Shown here one piece after another: positions 21,091-31,340 of a DNA stretch of 64,000 bases (its first letter is position 1; each line of letters begins with the position of its first letter). Where the stretch lies: the NCBI GenBank assembly GCA_964637105.1, contig CAZWVY010000003.1, forward strand, positions 373-64,372. Direction: 5' to 3'. The notes beneath the pieces are model-generated. The model had not been told where the DNA came from and did no database searches. It saw nothing but the letters and a program-made list of their open reading frames with translations. Position numbers and translations under genes: made by a program. The DNA comes from an uncultured Sangeribacter sp. GTDB lineage: Bacteria; Bacteroidota; Bacteroidia; Bacteroidales; Muribaculaceae.

Positions 21091-22260
21091 ATGATCCTCA
21101 ATGCCACATATTCTTTCGGCGAGTTCTTCTCCCAGACGCTGAAGACCTTCTGGGAATTCACCGGATTCTACAACTGCGAATGGACCAACCTGGTGATGCT
21201 GGCCGTAGGCTGCTTCTTCATCTGGCTGGCTATCAAGAAAAATTTCGAACCCCTCCTGCTCGTGCCCATCGGCTTCGGCATGCTCATAGGCAATATCCCC
21301 TTCCAGCCCGGAATGGAAATCGGCATCTATGAGGAAGGGTCCGTGCTCAATATCCTCTACAACGGTGTGGAGAAGGGATGGTATCCCCCCCTCATCTTCC
21401 TTGGCATCGGAGCTATGACCGATTTCTCCGCTCTCCTTGCCAATCCTAAGCTCATGGTGATAGGCGCTTGCGCGCAGTTCGGCATCTTCGGAGCTTACAT
21501 GCTCTCGCTGCTGCTCGGCTTCGATCCCCTCTCAGCCGGATGTATCGCTATCATCGGCGGCGCCGACGGCCCCACGGCCATCTTCACCACCTCCAAGCTC
21601 AATCCCTCGATGCTCGGTGCCGTGGCAGTGTCGGCCTACTCCTACATGGCTCTTATCCCCCTGATCCAGCCCCCGTTGATGCGCCTCTTCACCACTGAGA
21701 AGGAGCGTCTGATCAAGATGAAACCGGCGCGCATCGTCAGCCAGGGCGAGAAGATTGTCTTCCCCATCGTGGGCCTCATGCTGACCTGCTTCGTTGTCCC
21801 CTCGGGCCTGCCGCTGCTCGGCATGCTCTTCCTGGGCAACCTGCTCCGCGAGAGCGGCGTGACTACCCGCCTGGCCAAGACCGCCTCTAACGCCATGACC
21901 GACATCGTGACCATCCTGCTCGGCATGACCGTGGGTGCATCGACCCAGGCTGACATGTTCCTCACCGTGGACACTATCAAGATCTTCGCTCTCGGCTTCT
22001 GCGCATTCGTCATCGCCTCCTCCGCAGGCGTGCTCAGCGTGAAGCTCTTCAACCTCTTCCTCGCTAGGGACAAGAAGATCAATCCCCTCATCGGCAATGC
22101 CGGAGTATCCGCCGTGCCTATGGCTGCGCGTATCTCCAACAACGTCGGACTGGAATACGATCCCACCAACTACCTGCTCATGCATGCCATGGGCCCCAAC
22201 GTTGCCGGTGTGATCGGCTCCGCAGTCGCCGCAGGCGTACTGCTCAGCTTCCTCGGCTGA
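21091..22260 (+). CDS. mmdB: Na+-translocating decarboxylase beta subunit
   Basis: Motifs EPLLLVPIGFG, IIGGADGPTAIF, YSYMALIP and HAMGPNVAGVIGSA. Confidence 0.95.
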   Translation: MILNATYSFGEFFSQTLKTFWEFTGFYNCEWTNLVMLAVGCFFIWLAIKKNFEPLLLVPIGFGMLIGNIPFQPGMEIGIYEEGSVLNILYNGVEKGWYPPLIFLGIGAMTDFSALLANPKLMVIGACAQFGIFGAYMLSLLLGFDPLSAGCIAIIGGADGPTAIFTTSKLNPSMLGAVAVSAYSYMALIPLIQPPLMRLFTTEKERLIKMKPARIVSQGEKIVFPIVGLMLTCFVVPSGLPLLGMLFLGNLLRESGVTTRLAKTASNAMTDIVTILLGMTVGASTQADMFLTVDTIKIFALGFCAFVIASSAGVLSVKLFNLFLARDKKINPLIGNAGVSAVPMAARISNNVGLEYDPTNYLLMHAMGPNVAGVIGSAVAAGVLLSFLG

Positions 22261-22312
22261 TGACTCGCGGCAGCCGTCTCCGGCAATATCGCAGACGCGC
22301 TGTCCTACTAAT

Positions 22313-22350
22313 AAAAAGGCCTCAATCCAAGTGCGGATTGAGGTCTTTTT
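22313..22350 (+). terminator. Intrinsic terminator after the mmd operon
   Basis: AAAAAGGCCTCAATCC-aagtgc-GGATTGAGGTCTTTTT. Confidence 0.85.
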
Positions 22351-22483
22351 CGTGCTTATCTCCGGCGGAAATGTTAAATGTGAGATTGCATCAAACTAAT
22401 TCAAATCCTGCAGTGTTTTAATTTCGAGCCTGAGCGCCTATGGTGCACTGAGACTGATCAAACCACTATAACGTTCACCGATT

Positions 22484-22825
22484 ATGATTACAGACAAGGT
22501 CATAAAAGAGATATACCGCAACTTCTCCAAGCCCTGCACCGACCGTGCAGAGCTTCGGCTTGATTATTTCACGGATCTGCTCAAACATCACAACATCCGG
22601 ATTGACAACGATGAGATTATTATGGATAACCTTGAGGAATTCAACCCCTTCAAAAGGTTTCTTCTCAGGAGCGTCAACGCAATTCTCGAGTTTGACCGCA
22701 TGGTAGCCATTGTCTTCCGCAACCATATCATTTTCTTAGGAAAGCGTGACAACCAGATGCGCATTCACATGAAGCCTGAAAAATCAAACTCACTCTTCAA
22801 CCGCATCTTCGGCCGCGGCGACTGA
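22484..22825 (+). CDS. Conserved Bacteroidales hypothetical protein
   Basis: 113-aa ORF with an AT-rich start context; it resembles a small conserved Bacteroidales protein (recall only). Confidence 0.75.
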   Translation: MITDKVIKEIYRNFSKPCTDRAELRLDYFTDLLKHHNIRIDNDEIIMDNLEEFNPFKRFLLRSVNAILEFDRMVAIVFRNHIIFLGKRDNQMRIHMKPEKSNSLFNRIFGRGD

Positions 22826-22910
22826 CTGCTCGCCCCTCAAGGGCCCATTCAGACACCCGCAATGAGAGAGGCGGAAATATAAGTACCACCCTCCCAATCA
22901 TAACAAAACT

Positions 22911-23126
22911 ATGAAAACACCGAAAAACCTGACGGCCATATTGCTGGTCGCGTTAGCAGGACTGTTCTTTGCCACCTCCTGCACTTACAAGGTCTACGAC
23001 AACGGGCCGCGTCACGAATACGTCTATAAGAATAAACCTAAAAAGGCAAAGAAGCCCAAAAAGCCTAAAAAACCGAAAAAGGCCCATCACCATGACAACC
23101 GCCCCGGCGGCCATCACCGTCATTGA
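22911..23126 (+). CDS. Small Lys/Pro/His-rich lipoprotein
   Basis: MKTPK, a hydrophobic stretch and lipobox ATSC (Cys24); A-rich start context (aacaaaactATG). Confidence 0.75.
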   Translation: MKTPKNLTAILLVALAGLFFATSCTYKVYDNGPRHEYVYKNKPKKAKKPKKPKKPKKAHHHDNRPGGHHRH

Positions 23127-23178
23127 TTGATAAGCGAGGACACCCCGTGTGAAACTCGGGGGAGAGAGCAATATAAAA

Positions 23179-23228
23179 CCGTCCCGGAGGGGTGGCACAA
23201 AGATCTTTGTGCCACCCCTCCGGGACGG
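23179..23228. repeat. Perfect 50-bp palindrome: doublet of 17-bp GGA-loop hairpins (family A, REPIN-like); may also act as a bidirectional terminator
   Basis: CCGTCCCGGAGGGGTGGCACAAAGA|TCTTTGTGCCACCCCTCCGGGACGG; imperfect outer arms extend it to about 23159-23248. Confidence 0.85.
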
Positions 23229-23263
23229 AGTCCTATATTACCCTCCCCACAAATCAGAGGGCC

Positions 23264-23806
23264 TTACAGCTCCATTTCATCAAAGCCTTCGGGAAGCTCG
23301 TCATCATTATACTGGCTGTCTCCGAAAAAATCCTCATCAAGGTCGGTAGCAACTCTTTTAGCCGCCTCGTCAAGCTTCGAATCGAACTCCTCTATATCCA
23401 TTGACTGGCGCGGAGGATTGCCCCGCTTAAGCGTGCATACGGGCTCATGCAGCGTTCGGCCCGGGATTTCCTCCTTCATCTCCATGAAGAAAGAGCGCTC
23501 CGTCAGATAGTCGAACACGAACATGAGCTTCTGGCCCTCCTCTTCAATCATCTCATCAAGGGGCGTATCTTCCATCAGCCACAGGTCGCGGTCGCTTGAG
23601 GTGTCGCCCATATCTTCCAGTGTGATTTCTTCGTGCACCCCCCAGTCATCGTCACAAAGGAAGAAAGAGTTCATCTCGTCCTTAGTGTAACCCACGCTGT
23701 CGAGCACGGCATTGCGCAGGTCAAGGAAGGATGCCGAAGCATCAATCTCAATCTCACGCGCGAAGTTGCTCACTTCGTCGCTGACCAGTTTAAATCTGTA
23801 AACCAT
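23264..23806 (-). CDS. pRiA4b ORF3 / IS1096 passenger TnpR-like family protein
   Basis: Motifs MVYRFKLVSDEV..REIEID, SFFLCDDDW and VFDYLTERSFF, with an acidic tail; recalled as a conserved Bacteroidales gene. Confidence 0.7.
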   Translation of the reverse strand: MVYRFKLVSDEVSNFAREIEIDASASFLDLRNAVLDSVGYTKDEMNSFFLCDDDWGVHEEITLEDMGDTSSDRDLWLMEDTPLDEMIEEEGQKLMFVFDYLTERSFFMEMKEEIPGRTLHEPVCTLKRGNPPRQSMDIEEFDSKLDEAAKRVATDLDEDFFGDSQYNDDELPEGFDEMEL

Positions 23807-24097
23807 CTGTATATGAGTATGTTTAGTTTCGTATTGCAGTTAGACAACAGTTTCGGATGCGAATTTATAACATTTACATCAATCTTGCAAGCTATACCGC
23901 AAAAAAAGTACTGCGCCTCTTTGACGCACCTCTTTTCCACACTGTTCCACTCCCCAAGATGCAGCCTGTAACATATTACAAATCGAGTGCATTATAATGT
24001 GGCTGCCTGTTATCCGCAAAGAAAAATGTAATAAATCCGATTCATGATTTGCATATTAACCGTATTTTTCGTACCTTAGTGCGATAAAAAGATTTCT

Positions 24098-24979
24098 ATG
24101 GAAGAATTGACCAGCTTCATTAACCTTCAAACCGACTTCGGTTTCAAGAAAATCTTCGGCACCCCCGAGAATAAAAATATTCTCATCAGATTTCTGAATG
24201 CTCTGCTTGGAGACCAAGTGGTGACTGAGGTAATATATCACGATAAAGAGATGCTTCCTGCGTCTGAACAAGGGAAACGTATCGTCTATGACATTTACTG
24301 CACAAGTCAGGACGAGACGCATCACTTCATCCTGGAGATGCAGAATATATACGAATCACCTTTTGAGGACAGAATTCTATACTATACTGCCAAGGCTATA
24401 GCAAGTCAAGGCAAATCCGGATGGAAATATCGATTGAAGCCCGTAATTTCAATCGTGGTTACGGACTTTGATTTCGGGCACATGAAGAAAGCTTTAGTCC
24501 ATGATGTGCGGGTCGCTGATATCACAAGTGGCGATGTCTTGACAGATAAAATGCGAATCATGCTGTTATCCTTGAAACAAATTGGGGAAAAAACCTGGAG
24601 AGAATGCAAGAATGAAGTAGAACAGTTTTTATATCTGATTAAAAATATGGACAAATTGGACAAGAATTCGGAGATTTACCGCAGCAAGGCATACCAAGAG
24701 CTTTTCGATGCAGCAGAGACGGAGCATCTTGCAAAGGAAGACGTTATAGCCTATAGTCAATCGCTCCAACGCCTGCATGATTTCCAGTCAGGTCTTGCAT
24801 ATGCCAGGGAAGAATCCTTCGAAGAGGGCAGAGCAGAGGGCAGAGCAGAGGGCAGAGCGGAAGGCAGAGTAGAGGGCCTTCGGGAATCAGCAAGAAATAT
24901 GCTGAAAGCGGCTCTTGACCCAGAATTAATTCATCGGATAACCGGACTTCCGCTCGAAGATATTCTCTCCCTTAAATAA
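24098..24979 (+). CDS. Rpn family recombination-promoting nuclease / putative transposase (PD-(D/E)XK)
   Basis: Motifs DFGFKKIFG, YDIYC..HFILEMQ and RILYY, C-terminal (EGRA)n and ITGL; AT-rich. Confidence 0.9.
   Translation: MEELTSFINLQTDFGFKKIFGTPENKNILIRFLNALLGDQVVTEVIYHDKEMLPASEQGKRIVYDIYCTSQDETHHFILEMQNIYESPFEDRILYYTAKAIASQGKSGWKYRLKPVISIVVTDFDFGHMKKALVHDVRVADITSGDVLTDKMRIMLLSLKQIGEKTWRECKNEVEQFLYLIKNMDKLDKNSEIYRSKAYQELFDAAETEHLAKEDVIAYSQSLQRLHDFQSGLAYAREESFEEGRAEGRAEGRAEGRVEGLRESARNMLKAALDPELIHRITGLPLEDILSLK
24824..24877 (+). repeat. In-frame 12-bp tandem repeat (EGRA)
   Basis: GAGGGCAGAGCA occurs about 4.5 times, with drift in the later units. Confidence 0.9.
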
Positions 24980-25005
24980 CCCCTCATTTAGTGCTTCATT
25001 GAAAT

Positions 25006-27441
25006 ATGGGCATATATGAAAGGTTCGGCGAGCTTCCGGCGGCAGAAATTACGGAAGAGGTCAATGAGGCGCTGGCGCACTGTTCGCGCCTGGTGATTAC
25101 TGCGCCTCCGGGCGCCGGCAAGTCTACGCTGCTGCCCCTCACTATCTTGGAAAATCTTCCGGAAGGCAAAATTCTCATGCTCGAACCCCGCCGGATTGCT
25201 GCTCGTCAAGTTGCTTCGCGCATGGCCGATATGTTGGGTGAGAAAGTAGGTCGCACCATTGGATATCGGGTTCGATTTGATACCAAGGTCTCCCCTCTTA
25301 CCCGTATCGAGGTTATAACAGAAGGTATTCTGGAACGTATTCTGATTCAAGATCCCACCCTCGAGGGCGTGGCGGTCGTCATCTTCGATGAGTATCACGA
25401 GCGAAGCCTCTCCTCGGATCTTTCATTGGCCCTGACCCGAGAAATACAAAATGTCCTCCGGCCCGACCTCCGGATTATCATAATGTCGGCTACAATAGAT
25501 TCCGACTTGATAGCATCACGACTGGTAGCACAGCAAATCCAGAGTCCGGGCAAAAACTACGAGGTTAAAATCGAATATGGCCGTGACTACGATATCAGGG
25601 AATGTGCGGCAGAAGTTGCCGGAGTCGTTAAGAAAGCTTTACATAATCATGAAGGGAATATCCTTGCTTTCCTGCCGGGACAGGCGGAGATACTTAAATG
25701 CCGGGAGATACTTTCAGATAGATTGGAGAATGTCGAGATTCTGACACTTTACGGAATGATGCCGCCGGCTGACCAGCAAAGGGTCCTGTCTCCATCCAAA
25801 GATACGAAGCGGAGGGTCTTCCTGGCCTCTCCAATCGCCGAGACCTCACTTACCATCGAGGGCATATCCGTAGTCATTGATTCCGGACTGCACCGCACTC
25901 CGGTCTTTAACCCCTCCACTACTCTAACCCAACTGGAAACTGTCCGGATTACGATGGATATGGCTGTCCAGCGCGCCGGACGCGCCGGACGTCTGATGAA
26001 CGGCGTATGCTACCGGCTGTGGACCAAAGCGGCTGAGTCCAGAATGAAAGAGAGCCGACATCCCGAAATAGAGACTTCAGATCTCGCCTCGATGTTATTG
26101 ACTGTGGCAGCCTGGGGCGAGACCGATCCGCTGCGGCTGCCCTGGATTACCCCTCCTGCCCCCGGTCATGTGGAGAATGCCAAGAAGCTCCTCCTGGCAC
26201 TTGAAGCCATAGATAAGTCAGGAAGACTGACGGAAAAAGGTAAACGAATCGCCGCTCTCCCCTGTCATCCTCGAATCGCTAACATGCTTGCGGAAGCGGA
26301 TCACACCACTTCCCTTGCCTGTGATATAGCAGCCCTACTCGAAGAAAAAGACCCGATAAAGGATGAGACAGATGCCGATTTGACCACCCGTCTCGCCACA
26401 TTGCACCAATTTCGCAAAAGCCGCCTCTCCGGAGTGTGGAAGAGAATTGACAGCATCGCTTCCCAATACCGCCGCCTTACCCATGCATCATCACCCCCTC
26501 GCATGCTGGTGCACGAGGAAATAGGCAGACTCGTTGGTCTGGCCTTTCCGGAAAGAATCGCTATGCGCGCCGGTAACGGACAATACCGCATGGCCCAGGG
26601 AGGAAACCTCGTGTGTCTTCATCCCACGGATGACCTTGCACGGCACGAGTTTCTTGCAATAGCTTCAGTAGGAAGCCGCATCTATTTGGCAGCCCCCATA
26701 GATAAAGAATATGTCATGTCCCTGGGCAAGTGGACTGAGACAGCATCGTGGAACGCCCGCGAAGGAAAAGCAGTCGCAAGAGAAGAATTGCGGCTCGGTT
26801 CGCTGATTTTATCTACGCGCCCCTTAAAAGGGGATGCGGGCCCCCGGATTATTGCTGCTATAGCTGAAGCTGCTCCCAAAGAGGGTCTGTCAATGTTTGA
26901 TTTCAACGATGACGTTGAAGAACTTCAGCTCAGGATTCAGACCGCCTCTGCATGGCATCCGGAATTGGCTCTGCCCGATGTTTCCACCGAAGCGCTTCTT
27001 AATTCAGCGGACTCCTGGCTCCCCATGTACATAGGAAAATCCACCTCCGCCCAGGAAATGAAAAAAATAAATCTGACGAAGGTGATTCTCGGGTTGTTGA
27101 GCTATGACCAACAGCAGGCGTTGGAAAGATTAGCCCCCTCCTTTATCCTGCTCCCTTCGGGCCGACGGGCCAAGGTACGGTACAGAAAAGGAGCGGACGC
27201 ACCCGTGGTCAGTGCCCGTCTGCAAGACTGTTTTGGTATTCTGACCACTCCAATGGTTGATGGAGGAAAACGTCCCGTCCTTATGGAGCTCCTCTCACCG
27301 GGATTCAAGCCCGTGCAGCTCACACAAGACATGGAAGGGTTCTGGCAAAACACCTATCATGAAGTGCGCAAGGAGCTACGCCGCCGCTACCCTAAACACC
27401 GCTGGCCCGAAGACCCGCTCTCTTATGCCTCAGACACCTGA
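25006..27441 (+). CDS. hrpB: ATP-dependent DEAH-box helicase HrpB
   Basis: Motifs APPGAGKST, LEPRRIAAR, DEYHERS, MSAT, QRAGRAGR and the HrpB C-terminal signature QLTQD...FW...Y.EVRKELRRRYPKHRWP. Confidence 0.95.
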   Translation: MGIYERFGELPAAEITEEVNEALAHCSRLVITAPPGAGKSTLLPLTILENLPEGKILMLEPRRIAARQVASRMADMLGEKVGRTIGYRVRFDTKVSPLTRIEVITEGILERILIQDPTLEGVAVVIFDEYHERSLSSDLSLALTREIQNVLRPDLRIIIMSATIDSDLIASRLVAQQIQSPGKNYEVKIEYGRDYDIRECAAEVAGVVKKALHNHEGNILAFLPGQAEILKCREILSDRLENVEILTLYGMMPPADQQRVLSPSKDTKRRVFLASPIAETSLTIEGISVVIDSGLHRTPVFNPSTTLTQLETVRITMDMAVQRAGRAGRLMNGVCYRLWTKAAESRMKESRHPEIETSDLASMLLTVAAWGETDPLRLPWITPPAPGHVENAKKLLLALEAIDKSGRLTEKGKRIAALPCHPRIANMLAEADHTTSLACDIAALLEEKDPIKDETDADLTTRLATLHQFRKSRLSGVWKRIDSIASQYRRLTHASSPPRMLVHEEIGRLVGLAFPERIAMRAGNGQYRMAQGGNLVCLHPTDDLARHEFLAIASVGSRIYLAAPIDKEYVMSLGKWTETASWNAREGKAVAREELRLGSLILSTRPLKGDAGPRIIAAIAEAAPKEGLSMFDFNDDVEELQLRIQTASAWHPELALPDVSTEALLNSADSWLPMYIGKSTSAQEMKKINLTKVILGLLSYDQQQALERLAPSFILLPSGRRAKVRYRKGADAPVVSARLQDCFGILTTPMVDGGKRPVLMELLSPGFKPVQLTQDMEGFWQNTYHEVRKELRRRYPKHRWPEDPLSYASDT

Positions 27442-27478
27442 GACCCCGTCTCATATGATTTTTATGTCTCAGGGGTCT
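27441..27478. repeat. Palindromic intergenic repeat, family B copy 3
   Basis: AGACCCCGTCTCATATGATTTTTATGTCTCAGGGGTCT, directly at the hrpB stop. Confidence 0.8.
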
Positions 27479-27560
27479 AAGTCATCACTCACTGACTTAT
27501 ATCTCTCTGAACGTAGCCCTTCATTTCCGAAAAAAATTTGCATAATCGGAAATTAGTTAC

Positions 27561-27568
27561 TACTTTTG
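27561..27568 (+). promoter_or_regulatory. -7 element for the AAA/DUF234 gene, overlapping the 70-bp palindrome
   Basis: TACTTTTG, with TTTG at 27536-27539. Confidence 0.6.
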
Positions 27569-27631
27569 CGTTCCGACACAGCCGTTTCCGACACAGCTGT
27601 GTCGGAAACGGCTGTGTCGGAACGCAAAAGT
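27562..27631. repeat. Perfect 70-bp palindrome with internal direct repeats
   Basis: ACTTTTGCGTTCCGACACAGCCGTTTCCGACACAG|CTGTGTCGGAAACGGCTGTGTCGGAACGCAAAAGT: 35+35 bp, no loop and no mismatch. Confidence 0.92.
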
Positions 27632-27639
27632 CAACAAAT

Positions 27640-28959
27640 ATGAAGTTTTTTGATAGAGAGAAAGAAACCGGGATACTGCAGGAAGTAAAGAATCTCAGTC
27701 ATGAAAATGCGCAATTTACTGTACTGACCGGACGTCGCCGCGTCGGCAAGACATGGCTCGTCACTCACGCGTATCCCCAAGACGATTTACTATACTTTTT
27801 TGTGGCAAGAAAATCTGAAACCGAATTATGCAAAGGCTATGCAAAGGAAATAGAGGCAAAACTCCATGTCCCACTGCTTGGTGCTCCTGAAAGCTTTGCA
27901 GAAATCTTTGAGTTCCTGATGAAATATTCCCAAAACCATCCGATAACATTATTTATCGATGAGTTTCAAGATTTTTTAAGAGTAAATAAATCCATCTTCA
28001 GCGACATGCAACGGATATGGGATCTTTATAAAGAAAATTCTAAGATGAACCTGATTGCAGGCGGTTCGATATATACCTTGCTGTCTAAAATCTTCAGGGA
28101 TCAAAAAGAACCTCTCTACGGTCGCCAGACAAGATTTCTGAACATAAAACCCTTTAAAACTGCCGTTATCAAAAACATCCTGAACGCCTATAATCAAAGT
28201 TATAAGCCCGATGACCTTCTTACACTATACATGTTGACCGGAGGTGTGGCAAAATATGTCAGTTCATTGATGGACACAAATGCCGTCACTTCGGAAGCGA
28301 TGATTGAACGTGCGCTCTCAGAAGATTCACCTTTCATATTGGAAGGAAAAAACCTTCTGCTCGAGGAATTCGGGAAGGATTCATCTGTCTACTTTTCCAT
28401 ACTGAGCGCAATCGCATCCGGACGCAACACACGCAATGAGATAGAGACAGCCGTGGGAAAAGAAGTAGGCGGATACCTGTCTAAACTTGAAGAAGATTAT
28501 AACCTGATTACCAAATATCTGCCCGTATTGACCCCCAATTCATCAAAGAATGTGCACTACGAACTTGACGATATGTTTTTCAAATTCTGGTTCCGTTTTG
28601 TATACAAGTATAATTACATGCTTGAGATTGGGAAATATGACAAACTAAGGGAATTGGTAATGCGTGATTATAAGACATACAGTGGCCATGTTTTGGAAAG
28701 GTATTTCCAAAACAAACTTGCGGAGGAGGCTGACATCACGCGCCTTGGAAACTGGTGGGATCGTAAAGGAGAGAATGAAATAGACATAATAACGGAAAAT
28801 GAACTTGTCGGCAAACTTGTATTCTATGAAGTGAAAAGGCAGAAAGAGAATATCTCTATAGGTGAACTAAAAAAGAAAGCCGAAGCCTTCTTCACTAAAA
28901 ATAAGATATCAAGTAAGTATGATGTCGAATACAAAGGGTTGACATTAGAAGACATGTAA
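27640..28959 (+). CDS. AAA ATPase (archaeal ATPase / ATPase_2 type) with C-terminal DUF234 restriction-endonuclease-like domain
   Basis: MKFFDRE, Walker A GRRRVGKT, Walker B LFIDEFQ, TGGVAKY and C-terminal WW..KGENEIDI..FYEVK. Start moved from 27538 to 27640. Confidence 0.88.
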   Translation: MKFFDREKETGILQEVKNLSHENAQFTVLTGRRRVGKTWLVTHAYPQDDLLYFFVARKSETELCKGYAKEIEAKLHVPLLGAPESFAEIFEFLMKYSQNHPITLFIDEFQDFLRVNKSIFSDMQRIWDLYKENSKMNLIAGGSIYTLLSKIFRDQKEPLYGRQTRFLNIKPFKTAVIKNILNAYNQSYKPDDLLTLYMLTGGVAKYVSSLMDTNAVTSEAMIERALSEDSPFILEGKNLLLEEFGKDSSVYFSILSAIASGRNTRNEIETAVGKEVGGYLSKLEEDYNLITKYLPVLTPNSSKNVHYELDDMFFKFWFRFVYKYNYMLEIGKYDKLRELVMRDYKTYSGHVLERYFQNKLAEEADITRLGNWWDRKGENEIDIITENELVGKLVFYEVKRQKENISIGELKKKAEAFFTKNKISSKYDVEYKGLTLEDM

Positions 28960-28970
28960 AATGGTAAAAT

Positions 28971-29008
28971 AAAAAGGATGCTGTCCATGCATGGACAGTA
29001 TCCTTTTT
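28971..29008. terminator. Bidirectional intrinsic terminator between the ATPase gene and dnaK
   Basis: AAAAAGGATGCTGTCCATG|CATGGACAGTATCCTTTTT, with one G-T pair. Confidence 0.85.
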
Positions 29009-29031
29009 TACTATTTAGATTTTATAATGTA

Positions 29032-30933
<1,902 letters not shown>

Positions 30934-31149
30934 GGTTTCTATAAATTTAATGTTATGTTTTTACGGTTTATGTTTTTCAGAGTATCGGGAATCTGTACTT
31001 GCGGTTCTCGAATCTCGGTTATTTTCTCTCTTCTGCTTTATTAACAAATAGCGTGCGAAATGTTTCACTCCCTGCGCCAAAAAGCAGACGATATTAACAT
31101 ATATTACTGTATATCTGAATATTAAAATAATATTACAAATTTATTCAAG

Positions 31150-31169
31150 TTTTGACAAATCTGTCAAAA
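31150..31169. promoter_or_regulatory. Candidate operator in the divergent dnaK/spt region
   Basis: TTTTGACA-aatc-TGTCAAAA, with perfect 8-bp arms. Confidence 0.35.
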
Positions 31170-31340
31170 ATCGTCTGCTGAATGTCACTGTATGCCGGGC
31201 TGTAGCATAATTTATTGCAGGATATTTGCATATATCGCCAAAAAATTAGTAAATTTGCAGTCTACTTCCACCTCGTGCCCGGCAAAGTCTCTGCGCCGGG
31301 TGCGGAAACGCAGTTTTGTACAAACCGCACAGTATAACAT

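Noticed and set aside
22379-22396. TGTGA-like half site as a target of the Crp/Fnr regulator
   Set aside because: The second half site does not match TCACA at the required 6-nt spacing.
23264-23806. pRiA4b ORF3 / TnpR-like gene as evidence of a plasmid or IS
   Set aside because: It has host-like composition and no mobility genes nearby, and I recall it as a conserved chromosomal Bacteroidales gene.
24098-24979. Rpn gene as an active IS transposase
   Set aside because: No terminal inverted repeats or target-site duplication are visible, and the family is a PD-(D/E)XK nuclease rather than a DDE or HUH transposase.
27538-27639. 34-aa N-terminal extension on the ATPase
   Set aside because: It is a translation of the promoter and palindrome; the family begins at MKFFDRE (27640).
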